64,000 nucleotides of DNA from NCBI GenBank assembly GCA_044892525.1, contig CM097885.1, forward strand, positions 74,524,001-74,588,000. Direction: 5' to 3'. A model generated the notes under the pieces. The model was not told the origin of the DNA. It worked only from the letters and a program-made list of their open reading frames with translations, and made no database searches. Shown piece after piece: positions 11,049-21,232 of this stretch; the first letter of the stretch is position 1; every line of letters starts with the position of its first letter. Made by a program: the position numbers and the translations under genes. The DNA comes from Schmidtea polychroa. Taxonomy: Eukaryota.

Positions 11049-14000
11049 TTATGATTCTAACGTTTTCTTTTTCGATTTCTTATCTATTTCGAATTCATCA
11101 ATTTCTGATTTTGGTTTCTCCTTTTCTGGTGGGGCTATCTTTTTACATCTGTTTGCATGAACCATTATCGGTTCTGCTTTTCTGTTTGCCACTAACTGTA
11201 AGACTAAATTGGTTTCTGTGACTTTCAAAATTTGATACGGCCCTTTGTAATTTCTCATTAATTTAGGAGATAAACCTTTTTTGTTGTAATGTCCTTCTAA
11301 CATGACATAATCTCCTACCAAAAACCCATGATCTTTCGCTTTACGATCATGATATTCCTTCATTGTTTCTTGGTTATAACGAATGTTCAAACCAGCTTTC
11401 TTCCAGGCTTCTTGCATTCTTTCTCTCATCTCGAATAAGTAGTTTCCCTCATCACAGTTCTGTGATGCTTTTGGATAAAATATAAGATCCACTGGCATCT
11501 TGCTATGCCTTAAATACATCAGATAGAAAGGTGTTTCTCCTGTTACTGAATGAACAGCATTTCTATACGCAAACAAACATGATGGTATGTGTACATCCCA
11601 GTCCGTCTGACCTGAGTTTACGTATGATGATAACATGTTTGCCAAGGTTCCATTGAACCTCTCTACCAATCCATCCGTCTGTGGGTGGTATGGTGAGGTA
11701 TTTAATTTTAAAATACCAAAATAATCATTAATACTTTTTAACAAATTCCTCATGAAATCCTTTCCTCTGTCTGTAAGCAATTTTGCCGGAACACCATATC
11801 TAAATACAATTTGTTCTACAAAAATTCTGGCAATTGTGTCTGCCTTATGGTTCGGAATCGGGAATGCTTCGGGCCACTTCGTTAAGTAGTCGCAAAATAC
11901 TATGATAAATTTATTTCCCATCTTCGATTCTTTAAACGGTCCTAGTACGTCCATAGCTGTCATCTCCATTGGCGAGGACGGTACTGGCATTGGTTTTAAT
12001 GGAACATGTGGTTTCCTGCCTGTGTTCCTTCTAGTTATACATATTTTACACGACTGACACCACTTTTGAACATCATCTTTTATATCGGGCCAAAAGTATT
12101 TCATTTTCAATCTTGACAGTGTATGTCTAGCTGAGAGGTGTCCTCCCAGTGCTCCATCGTGGTATTGTAATAATAGTGATTCTCTGTATTTCTTTGGCAC
12201 TAATATTACATTATCTCTTGATTCCACATATTTGATTAGACCTTCTTCCAATATGAATTTATCTTTATGTTTCTCCCAATACTTCTGAAATTCATTTGGT
12301 ATGGCCTTTGCTTCTATAGCTTGTCTGATCATATTAATTTCGTCATCATTTTTCTGTGCTTCTACTAAATCGCTCAAAGTGTTAGCCTCTCTTGTTAGCA
12401 TGAAGATTGTTCCTTCTAATCTTCCTTCCTTTATATCTTCTAACTCAGGCTCTTGCTCCATTCGTGATAATGCATCTGCATTACCATTAGCTTTGCCTTT
12501 ACGATATACAATTTCAATTTTATATGGCTGTAATCTCAATGCCCATCTTACTAACTTTGATGCTTCGTCTCTATGTTTTAACAGCCATTGCAATGGTCTA
12601 TGATCTGTATAGAAAATTACCTTTCTGCCCCATAGGTAATGACTAAATTTTTCCACTGCAAATACTAATGCTAATGCTTACAATTCTATTACAGCATAAC
12701 TTTTCTCGTGTGGCTTCAATCCACGACTTGCATATGCTACTGCGTACTCATCGCCAATTTCGTCTTTCTGTCCCAAAACTGCACCTATACCTCTTGTGCA
12801 TGCATCGGTCATCACCATGAATTGTCTTTTAAAATCTGGGAATCGTAAAATTGGTGGTTTGCATAGTGCATCTTTTAACTTGTCAAATGCCTGTTGCTGA
12901 TCCTCTCCCCATAAAAATTTTATACCTTTATTTTCTAAGGTAGTTAGAGGAAAAGCAATTGCTGAAAAGTTTCGTATAAATTTCCGGTAATATCCCGTCA
13001 ACCCTAAAAATCCTTTGATTTGTTTCACATTCACTGGTTGTGGGAAATTCTTCACTTTATCCGTGTTTGCCGGATCTGGTCTTACACAATCGTGTGATAT
13101 TACATGCCCTACGTAAATCACTTCCGATTCTGCCCATTTGCATTTGCTTGGCTTTACTTTCAGGTTAGCCATAATCAGTCTTTTGAAAATGTCCTCCAGA
13201 TGTTCCAAATGTTTATCCAAATCTTCCGAGAAGATGATAATATCGTCGATATATACCATTGCGTGATGTGCGTCCATCAACATGATATTCATTGCCCTCT
13301 GAAACGTTGGAGGAGCTCCTTTTAATCCGAACGGCATTACCAAGTATTCAAAATGATCACTACTTGTAGAAAATCCTGTCATAGGAATTGAGTCTTTGCT
13401 CATCTTTATTTGATAAAAACCTTTCTGTGCATCCATCACAGTAAACAACTTTGAATTTTTCATTTTATCATAAATGTAATCTAGCAAAGGTAGCGGGTAA
13501 TTATCACTAACTGTTTGTTCATTTAATTTCCTATAGTCATTGCATAATCTAACTGAGCCGTCTCTTTTAGCTACAACCACCAAAGGTGAGGAATATGGAG
13601 ATTTACTGGGTCTGATTATATTATATTTTTGCATTAATTTAATTTGTTTATCAACGGACCCTTGTATACTTTGAGGTATTCTGTACGGGCGTATTTTTAT
13701 CGGTTTATTTTCTGTTAATTTAATTTCATGCTCTAAAATATTAACTTGCCCTAAGTCATACTCGTGTTTTGCGAAAACTTGGTCATATTTACGTAACAAT
13801 TGGTTAACTCTGATGTTTTCCTTTCTATATAAGGTTTTACTATCGCAGCTCGGTGCGTCGTAATATTCGATATCAGGATCTCGTTCATCCTCTTCTACTG
13901 ATAATATCGATTCAGACTCTTTCTGCATGTTAGATAGTTGTATCACTTTACCCACTCTAGTCTCTGGGTATAATCTCAATGATTTGCTTGCTAGATTCGT

Positions 14001-14560
14001 TAATCTAATCGGGATTCTTCCTCCCCGTACTGTTGCCAAGTTTTGCACCATAGGTGTTTTATACCTATTTACGAACTGCTCACTTGGTTCGAAAATAACA
14101 TCTCCTTCCACCTCTTGGTGTGTTGCTACAAAACAAACTGTTTCGGTCCTCGGTGGTATTGTCACCGTTCTATCCAAAAACACTACATCCACACTGTAGG
14201 TTTTTCGTTTTCTACCCGTCATTTTCATTAATTCGCCTGTTGCACAATCGAATACAATATCTTTTAACTTTTTCAATATATCCATTCCCACGATACATTC
14301 TGCCATACATTGTCTAGTGACTTTGATATCGTGTCTAAATTTTTGATCACACAACCTTAATTCACAATCTAATGTTCCGATAACATTGATAGGTTGTCCA
14401 TTTGCTCCTGATGCAACAGTTAATGTCGGCACTATTGCTTGTAATTCTTTTTCGTTTAATAAATTTGCTTCGATCAAAGTCAAATCTGATCCTGAATCAA
14501 TAATGGCATGTACCGTATGCCTGTTAACTTTTAATTTAATCGTAGGTTTATGAGTCTTTT
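11049..14560 (-). pseudogene. pol: pol: aspartic protease, reverse transcriptase, RNase H, integrase (one in-frame TAA at 12678-12680)
   Basis: AIIDSGS (PR); YIDD (RT); VMTDAC and IEL*ALAL (RH; stop at the conserved Glu); H-x7-H..CQSCKIC, MDVLGP, TDRG, GLVERFN (IN). Confidence 0.95.
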
Positions 14561-15129
14561 TACCCATATTGACCATTAATATTGTTGAGATTCCTCTAAT
14601 ATTATCTCTGAACTTTTGTTGATCATCACTATCTTTGTCATTTTCTGATTTTATTTCATCTTTATACTCTTCCTTTAGCCGTTCCAACGTGCTGAATGGA
14701 TATTTTGGTACCATCTCTAATACTGATGTACCCAAGGGTGGCATTGTCTCGAACTTCATTTTATACGTTGGGTATGAGGTAGATGGTAATATATCTGTAT
14801 TTGTTCTAAACTCGAACCTCTTTAACATTTCCTCTTCAACTCGTTCTGGTATTATCTTTTTTCCACCCTCGTATGGTGACAAATAATTCACAGGCCACTC
14901 CTGCCGTTTCCTTCTTTTTGCTTTAACAGGGTACTGTTGTAAAGTACTATTTTCAAAATTTTTAAATTTCGGTTTTTTGTTGTCTGGTTTTATTGAGGTG
15001 TTGTCTGAGGTCTCATAGCCCTCTAGGTTACCTCCCTCGTCAGAATTGTCATCGTCTCGATGACTAGGTTCATACATTATTAACTCATGTTTCTTTATAG
15101 TTTGTCTCTTCATTCTCTTAATCTCTTTA

Positions 15130-16990
15130 TTATGATGATGAAATACTGCAAAATCTGCACAAACTGGACACATTCCTAATAGCAACTTCCAAGACCATCC
15201 CCCGATCTTGAAGATACTATAGGTGGAAAATAATTGCGATATAATTATTTTCAATATCATCACTATTGCATATATACCTGAACATCCTGCTACAAAAATG
15301 CCAAAGCTTGTAAATCTACCCCAGATTTTCCGTATTACGTTTGATGCAGCTTGTTTGTAATGTTCTGGTCCAAATAATAGATTATAGTCCGGTTTTCCAT
15401 CATATGATTGATAGATTCTTGTTATTATCTCTGTCACTCCCCGATCTCTGATTTGGGGAAATACAATTGCTCTCCGAGCTTCTTCAATATCTTCCGGAGT
15501 ATATACTCCGCCCTTTGACATTTCGTTTAATGGTTGAAACTCCATTTTAGTTTCTAACTTTGTAGCTTGAAGCACTTCAACTGGTTTTGAAGGCGGCTTT
15601 CTGTTTGGCAATGAAATCCAAATATTGTTTATTTTGTATAATGGTGACATTGCTGGATTGCAAATTGCTGTTAATGGTGAGGTATCCTCCTTCAATAATT
15701 GGTGTGATACTGGCATCAGGAATCTCAATTTTCCTTTATATTTCACAGGTAGCTCCAATGTACATCGATCATATTTGGTGATTTCTACCTCTATTGCTTT
15801 GCATTGATAGCTATAAATTGCTTCACCCAAAATTCTACCAAATGTTCCTTCCTCTGTCAACATTGGCATTATTAAATCCGGATTAGCTATAGATATTGCT
15901 AATCTATTTCGTATTATTTCCCGATTCAAACGTCAGTCGTTCAGGATCACTTCCTGATACACATCTAATAATTGTTTCTGCAGATCATGATACAAGAAAT
16001 CAATCTTATTATTGATATACTTGGCTATTTTAATATCTGATAGATGCAATGATTCTGCTGCCGGAACATACTTGTATGCTAAGTATATTCCCTTGTAGTT
16101 GGTTTCAAATATTGGTACACCACATTTTGTTGTCTGTTTTTTTCTGACTAAGCGAATTGCATCTGTGGGATCCTTTGAGACTAATACTACTGCTGTGCTT
16201 TTCTCTGGTACCACTTCCTTTTTCGTTTTGTGAGCTATCTTGTCTCCCCAACCACTTTGTTGTGAATCCTGAGACGTAAAACTTTTCCCATCTAGCCTTG
16301 AAAATACTACCTTTTTCAGGTATCCTAAATCACAAAAATCTCTCATTGATTGGTACGTTAATACTGCTAAACTGGTTTTACAATAACCATATTTCACGTT
16401 GCATTCTGGATGAGACATCATTTTTCCCGTGGATACTTCGAAAGTTCCTTCGTACTCTATCAGCTCTACTGTGTAGTCCTCAACTGTTACCACATAGTTT
16501 ACTACATTAGAACCTCTAACTTTCTTTCTACCATGACAGGAACCATCATCTGCTATCGGTCCTCCCCGGGTAATAGTTATACCCAACTTTTTCCCTTCTT
16601 CTGCGGTAATTGTCACCTCATGATCTATTTTAACTGTTTTTGACCGAAAAGCATTTACACAATCCTCTGGTGGGATGATTAACGGTATCGGAATGAGTTT
16701 AGCTCCTAAAAATGCTGAATAACTATTCGATCCACAGTAATATTCGAACGTCGCTCTCTGTATTCGACATTCCCTCACTCTGGTTCTGTAAAACTCTGTT
16801 TGCTGATAAACATGATATTCCACGTATTCCCTTTTTGCAACTTTATCTGGATATGCTTCCTTGCATTCCACTGTGTCTACTAATGAGTAGATTCGCGATA
16901 ATATTGGTTCACTGCAATCATATGCCGTTAGGGAATTTGTCTGTCGCAATATTCCCATCATTACCAACAACATCATCATCCAACTAGTAA
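15130..16990 (-). CDS. env-like class III (chuvirus/herpes gB-like) fusion glycoprotein embedded upstream of PR; one in-frame TGA at 15933-15935
   Basis: Hydrophobic signal WMMMLLVMMGIL, then LTAYDC, many Cys, CGVPIFETNYKGIY, YINNKIDFLY, CTLELPV, GGVYTPEDI, TM FTSFGIFVAGCSGIYAIVMILKIII and GWSWKLL. ILND*RLNREII is in frame. About 620 aa. Confidence 0.75.
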
Positions 16991-17069
16991 ATCCACCTGT
17001 TCCCCGTGGACTACTTGAAATATTTTCTGTCAACAATTCTTCATTTAATTCATATTTTCCTTTCGTTTC

Positions 17070-17456
17070 TTTTATATCCCAAAACTTATGTTCAGTCATC
17101 CATGTTCTGAAATTCACTTCGATGATATCAGTCAGCTTGTCTATGGCTGCTGGAATTTTCGACGAATCATCTTTAATTATGCTCAATGCATTTTTAAACA
17201 TTAAGGCTAGAATCGTTATCATTTTCCCTTTCGTCAGGCCTTCGTCTATGAATTGCCCTGCTATTTCGAACATCTCCTGCTCCGTGGTGCTTCCTGGAAT
17301 CTTTTCCATAGCTTTCTTGACTTTTTCTGCAATTTTGTCAACATTAACACTTTTATCTTTCTTAATTTGCCAATCAGGCTTGATCAATCGTAAGATTTGA
17401 CTTAGTATTTTCCATGTTTCCGTTTTATCACTAGCGTCTCCAACGCTTTTATCAAT
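17070..17456 (-). CDS. Bcl-2-like helical domain within the polyprotein
   Basis: BH1-like MFEIAGQFIDEGLTKGKMITILALM (cf. F.EVA.ELF.DG.NWGRIVAL) and BH2-like FRTWMTEHKFWD (cf. W.....GGWD), with plausible spacing. Confidence 0.55.
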
Positions 17457-18929
17457 TTAGCTAGCTATCCCTGCTAGAGCCTGCTTAGTTACATTTTGGA
17501 TTGTAACTGGTTTTAAAAGTTCTCTTGGGGGCGGGTTCATTTGACTTTTCCTCGGTCTACCCCTTCTCTCTCTTTTCTTTTTATTCTCGACTAACTTCGG
17601 GCTCACTCTTTCTCTTGGTGGCTCGACTTGTCGCGATGTACTAGCTCCGATGTTTGTTTCATCTTGATTTAATTGTACTTCAATATCTTCCTCTGTAGGA
17701 AATATTTCGACCAACTCGTCTTCCGTGTTATCAAGTTCCTTGAGATATTTGTCTATCTCTTCATCTAAATCTACTGTAGTTACGGGTTCCTGATGAGTAT
17801 TCCCGTCTACTTGTTTTTGCTCAGGATGTACTGTTTCATCCTCCATTTCAGCATTATCTGGCAATCTCAAAGTTGCCCATTGATCCTCTGGAAACTCTAC
17901 CAATAATATTAATACAACTGTTTCCTCATTGGGAAAGCATCCAACATCTACTAGAAATTCGTCGTCATCCACCTGACAACCATGTATCATTATTAGGAAT
18001 GATTCTTTTACTATTTCTGATATTCTTTTTCTCAGTTTCTTTACTCTATGATAACATGAGAATTGTTGTATCAGGTGTCCTCTCCTGGGTATCCTGATAT
18101 CTAACATCACTGGACCTTGTCTACCTTCCAAATGTCTAATAGCATGTCCATTTTTAATCAACAGCATCTTTGCTTGAGTCTGAAATTGTGATGTCTCTTT
18201 TACTAAAGGCACCACCAATGGCATTATCTCTCTAAGAGTATCTACTGGGATTCGCAACTCCAGTATCCAATCCATTATCATCTTAATGGCTTCCCCATCT
18301 CTTGTGTTTTTCATCAGTTCGATTCCCAATCTATGTGGTACGGCTGATATTTGATTTAATTGATCAATTTCAATCTCGCTTATAGTAAGGACATTATCCA
18401 AATCCACTACTGTAACAGTTTCCTTGTGAAACTTTGCTTTTATAACCATATTTTTCCCTGGTAGTATACCACAATCTAACAAGGTTTCTCCCTCTAATAA
18501 TCTTTCTCCCAATAAATATAGTTTGCATCTCTGTTGAGGTTTTACCACAGAAACTCTCTTTGCCAATGCTTCTACCTTTTCACTTGGGTTAATCGTATAT
18601 CTACGAAAACAACCCTTTGGGAAAGATACAAAAATTGTAGAATCCTCCAGATTCTCTCTTTGTTTCCAATTTAGGCCAATATTTCTCAGAATTTCTCTCA
18701 ATTCTGTATAATATTCCTCATTTCTGTCTAACTCTGATATGATATCTATTACTTTGTCAACCTCATTCTCATTAACGGGGTTTAAACGAATATTTTCTAA
18801 TTTCTGTCTCATTTCTCTTTGCCATACGCTCTTGCGTAATAGTATTTTTCTACAGTCATCGATGGGATTTCTTTCCTCTTTCGATGCTTCTCGAACCTTT
18901 ATTGGTTCACTACCCCACTCACCTCGCAT
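17457..18929 (-). CDS. Polyprotein segment with two ubiquitin-like domains (~18429-18641 and ~17892-18110), acidic linker and AT-hook (17547-17567)
   Basis: TIFVSFPKG..YTINPSEKVEALAKRV..QQRCKLYLLGERLLEGETLLDCGI aligns with ubiquitin; MLDIRIPRRG..VKKLRKRI..HGCQVDDDEFLVDVG..TVVLIL is a second UBL; RRGRPRK AT-hook. The TAA at 17457-59 is followed by an open in-frame reading into the next ORF. Confidence 0.7.
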   Translation of the reverse strand: MRGEWGSEPIKVREASKEERNPIDDCRKILLRKSVWQREMRQKLENIRLNPVNENEVDKVIDIISELDRNEEYYTELREILRNIGLNWKQRENLEDSTIFVSFPKGCFRRYTINPSEKVEALAKRVSVVKPQQRCKLYLLGERLLEGETLLDCGILPGKNMVIKAKFHKETVTVVDLDNVLTISEIEIDQLNQISAVPHRLGIELMKNTRDGEAIKMIMDWILELRIPVDTLREIMPLVVPLVKETSQFQTQAKMLLIKNGHAIRHLEGRQGPVMLDIRIPRRGHLIQQFSCYHRVKKLRKRISEIVKESFLIMIHGCQVDDDEFLVDVGCFPNEETVVLILLVEFPEDQWATLRLPDNAEMEDETVHPEQKQVDGNTHQEPVTTVDLDEEIDKYLKELDNTEDELVEIFPTEEDIEVQLNQDETNIGASTSRQVEPPRERVSPKLVENKKKRERRGRPRKSQMNPPPRELLKPVTIQNVTKQALAGIAS

Positions 18930-18940
18930 GGATGATGTGG

Positions 18941-19525
18941 CTATAAGAACTTCCGGCTCACTGACCGAAGCCCATTTTTTTCCAATACTTCTGTTGGAAC
19001 AATTTCATTAGCTACTGGATCCATGTCCATAGCCTTACGATTTTTAACTGGTGAAACCGGTAAACCTTCTATTTCTCTGTCGGCTTCTGGCTCCATGACC
19101 ATAGCCACTAGATTTTTCCTGGGTGAAACCTGTAAACCCTCACAGACCTCTGGTTCTATGACTATAGCCTTTTCCTCTTTGTCCTCCCATGGACTCTCTT
19201 GAAGCATCAACACTTCAAGTTCTACATAATTATTTTTATTTCGCCTTTTTCTGGCTGACGTCATATAAACACCTTCATTTTCATCGTACTCATCCGTTTC
19301 ATTTGTTGTTAGCCTCGCTAACCTGTTTCTCTCTTCTTGAATTTCTAATTCAAGCTGCTGCAAATAAGTTAATTTGTGATCTGAATTCACGGCAAACGTT
19401 GTCTGCTTCGATCGATTATTATTAGCATTGTCACTACCATTGTTATTAGATAACTGATTCTGTGGACAAGAACGCATAATATGACCAAATTTCCCACACT
19501 TATGACATTTAATTTCCCCCCCCCC
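18941..19525 (-). CDS. Gag continuation in the -1 frame: fourth CCHC knuckle, coiled coil, EPEV-type repeats
   Basis: After the G10 run the -1 frame reads EIKCHKCGKFGHIMRSC (C-x2-C-x4-H-x4-C) directly into ORF 18941-19477. Confidence 0.75.
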   Translation of the reverse strand, partial: GGGEIKCHKCGKFGHIMRSCPQNQLSNNNGSDNANNNRSKQTTFAVNSDHKLTYLQQLELEIQEERNRLARLTTNETDEYDENEGVYMTSARKRRNKNNYVELEVLMLQESPWEDKEEKAIVIEPEVCEGLQVSPRKNLVAMVMEPEADREIEGLPVSPVKNRKAMDMDPVANEIVPTEVLEKNGLRSVSRKFL

Positions 19526-20499
19526 GAATTTACTTCATCCCTTTTAATATTATTATTAAAATTACTATTTCTACTCTGAAAGTTATTATTATTATTATTA
19601 TTACCACGAAAATTCCTATCGGGGCTTCTATTTCTATTATTATTATTATTTGAATTATTTCCCCCAAAACTAGCTTTACAAACTGACGCTACATGTCCCT
19701 TGCGCTTGCATTTCTCACAATTTAGGTCCGAAATTCTACAGTTTGATGCCACATGATTATTTCTCCCACACTTGGTACACAATTTGTCCCCTGGAGAATT
19801 ATTCCTACTTTTACAATCTTTTGACATATGTCCCTTTTTATGACAATTAAAACACTCAATGTCTGACTTGTTGCTACTAATAGCAAAATTATTTGATTTC
19901 TCAATGCTACTTTCAATTAAACACGCTTTGCGAGTTAATTCCTCTAAATTATCTCCTATGTGTAAACTGAGTGCATTTCTCATTGCTGACGATAACCCTG
20001 ACCAAAACTGATCTTTCACTAATGCTCTAGTTGCATCATTCCAGGCTGCCCTATTACCAAATGCTCTCTCTGCCAACATCATTATTTGATATGAAAATTC
20101 CCCAACAATCTCACCCGAATTTTGTCGCCTGTTATAAAACTGTTGTCTCAGCACTCTAGTTGCATCCCCCGGTAATATTCTGTTTTGTAACGCTAATCGT
20201 AATACATTCCATTCAACTGGATGCTCGGCTATTATAACATCGTTATATATTTCCCGCGCCATCCCTTTTAAATATAAAGGTAATCTCAAAATCATTACCG
20301 GTTCCGGGAATCCTAATGCTCTGGCTAACTGAAAATATTCGGACATAAATTCTGGAAACTCCCCTGGGTTTCCACTAAATGGTTTAATCGGAATTGTTGG
20401 GTATCTCATAAAATCTACCGCTGGTGGTTGAGCTACTGGCACATTATTATTTTGTAAATTATTCTCATTTAGATTTTGTAAATTATTTATCTCTGCCAT
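19387..20499 (-). CDS. gag: Gag (capsid plus three CCHC zinc knuckles)
   Basis: PFSG..LPLYLKGMAREIY retrotransposon-gag motifs; CFNCHKKGHMSKDC, CTKCGRNNHVASNC, CEKCKRKGHVASVC. Confidence 0.92.
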   Translation of the reverse strand: MAEINNLQNLNENNLQNNNVPVAQPPAVDFMRYPTIPIKPFSGNPGEFPEFMSEYFQLARALGFPEPVMILRLPLYLKGMAREIYNDVIIAEHPVEWNVLRLALQNRILPGDATRVLRQQFYNRRQNSGEIVGEFSYQIMMLAERAFGNRAAWNDATRALVKDQFWSGLSSAMRNALSLHIGDNLEELTRKACLIESSIEKSNNFAISSNKSDIECFNCHKKGHMSKDCKSRNNSPGDKLCTKCGRNNHVASNCRISDLNCEKCKRKGHVASVCKASFGGNNSNNNNNRNRSPDRNFRGNNNNNNNFQSRNSNFNNNIKRDEVNSGGGKLNVISVGNLVILCVLVHRISYLITMVVTMLIIIDRSRQRLP

Positions 20500-20615
20500 T
20501 ATTTGCTGGTTTCTATTACCTGGTCTTAAATTTATTACCCTTCTATTTCTTAACTCAATGATTCAAAAAGATGTTTGCCTTTTATAAATAAAATTCTTAT
20601 TCCCCTTAAATTGCT

Positions 20616-20633
20616 ATCACGTCGGGCTCACCA
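20616..20633 (-). promoter_or_regulatory. Primer binding site, tRNA-Trp
   Basis: TGGTGAGCCCGACGTGAT, 3 nt after the LTR end; one mismatch to the tRNA-Trp PBS TGGTGACCCCGACGTGAT. Confidence 0.85.
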
Positions 20634-20636
20634 AAA

Positions 20637-21232
20637 TGTTAAGATCGAAAAAACGAGGACTACAGATCTTAACACAAATGACTCCAATAAGTTAACTAAA
20701 TAAAAATAAATATAAATAAGTTATATTTAATGTGGTTGCGCGTTTTAATATTTAAATCACTAAATAAAAAACAACTAACTACTTTCTATTTTTATAAAAA
20801 TATATTTAATAACTTATAACAGAAATTTACAAAATATGTTCAAAGAGTACAAGTAAACGGATTTATTAATCCTTACTGTTTACCAACAGCCTGCAAGAAA
20901 TCGATGGCTCCTGTGTAGCACAACGATCGCTAAATAAACTAGAAAGATAGTGGAAAAAGCAAGAGGGTTGATTTTGGGGCTACCAGGTAACACGAAAGTC
21001 GCTATCTGTACTTTGTGTTCGCTTTATTTAATTCCCTTCCCAAGGATAATAATTTATCCTTACCCAACACAATTAATTAAATCTTTTACCTTGCCTGAAT
21101 TTAACTGCTCCTTCTGTTGTCACTAATCTGTTTCAATTTCTCTTTCAAGTCTTCCTTTTTTCTCTGGTCAATTCTCGTCCGTAATTTATAGAAAAGTTTC
21201 TGCGATAATTAATTCGTAATTTGAGCCGGAAT
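20637..21232 (-). repeat. 5' LTR, truncated (first ~470 bp missing)
   Basis: Identical in diagnostic positions to 61378-61973; identity stops at ...TTGAGCCGGAAT (21232). Confidence 0.92.

Larger units (their letters stand above)
6420..21232 (-). mobile_element. Large Ty3/gypsy (Metaviridae-like) LTR retroelement with env-like glycoprotein and accessory domains; 5' LTR truncated in this arm
   Basis: LTRs at both ends, PBS, PPT, gag, domain order PR-RT-RH-IN, 4-bp ATAT TSD (6416-6419 versus 60905-60908). Confidence 0.95.

Noticed and set aside
11022-17459. Alternative genetic code (TAA = Glu/Gln)
   Set aside because: Only a handful of TAA codons in thousands, TGA and TAG lesions also occur, and genes end normally in TAA.
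18140-18400. Death domain between the two UBLs
   Set aside because: Only a partial helix pattern (AIKMIMDW..VDTLREIM); too weak without a profile search.
7674-19916. Short antisense and overlapping ORFs within the retroelement
   Set aside because: Shadow frames of long coding sequence with no motifs.
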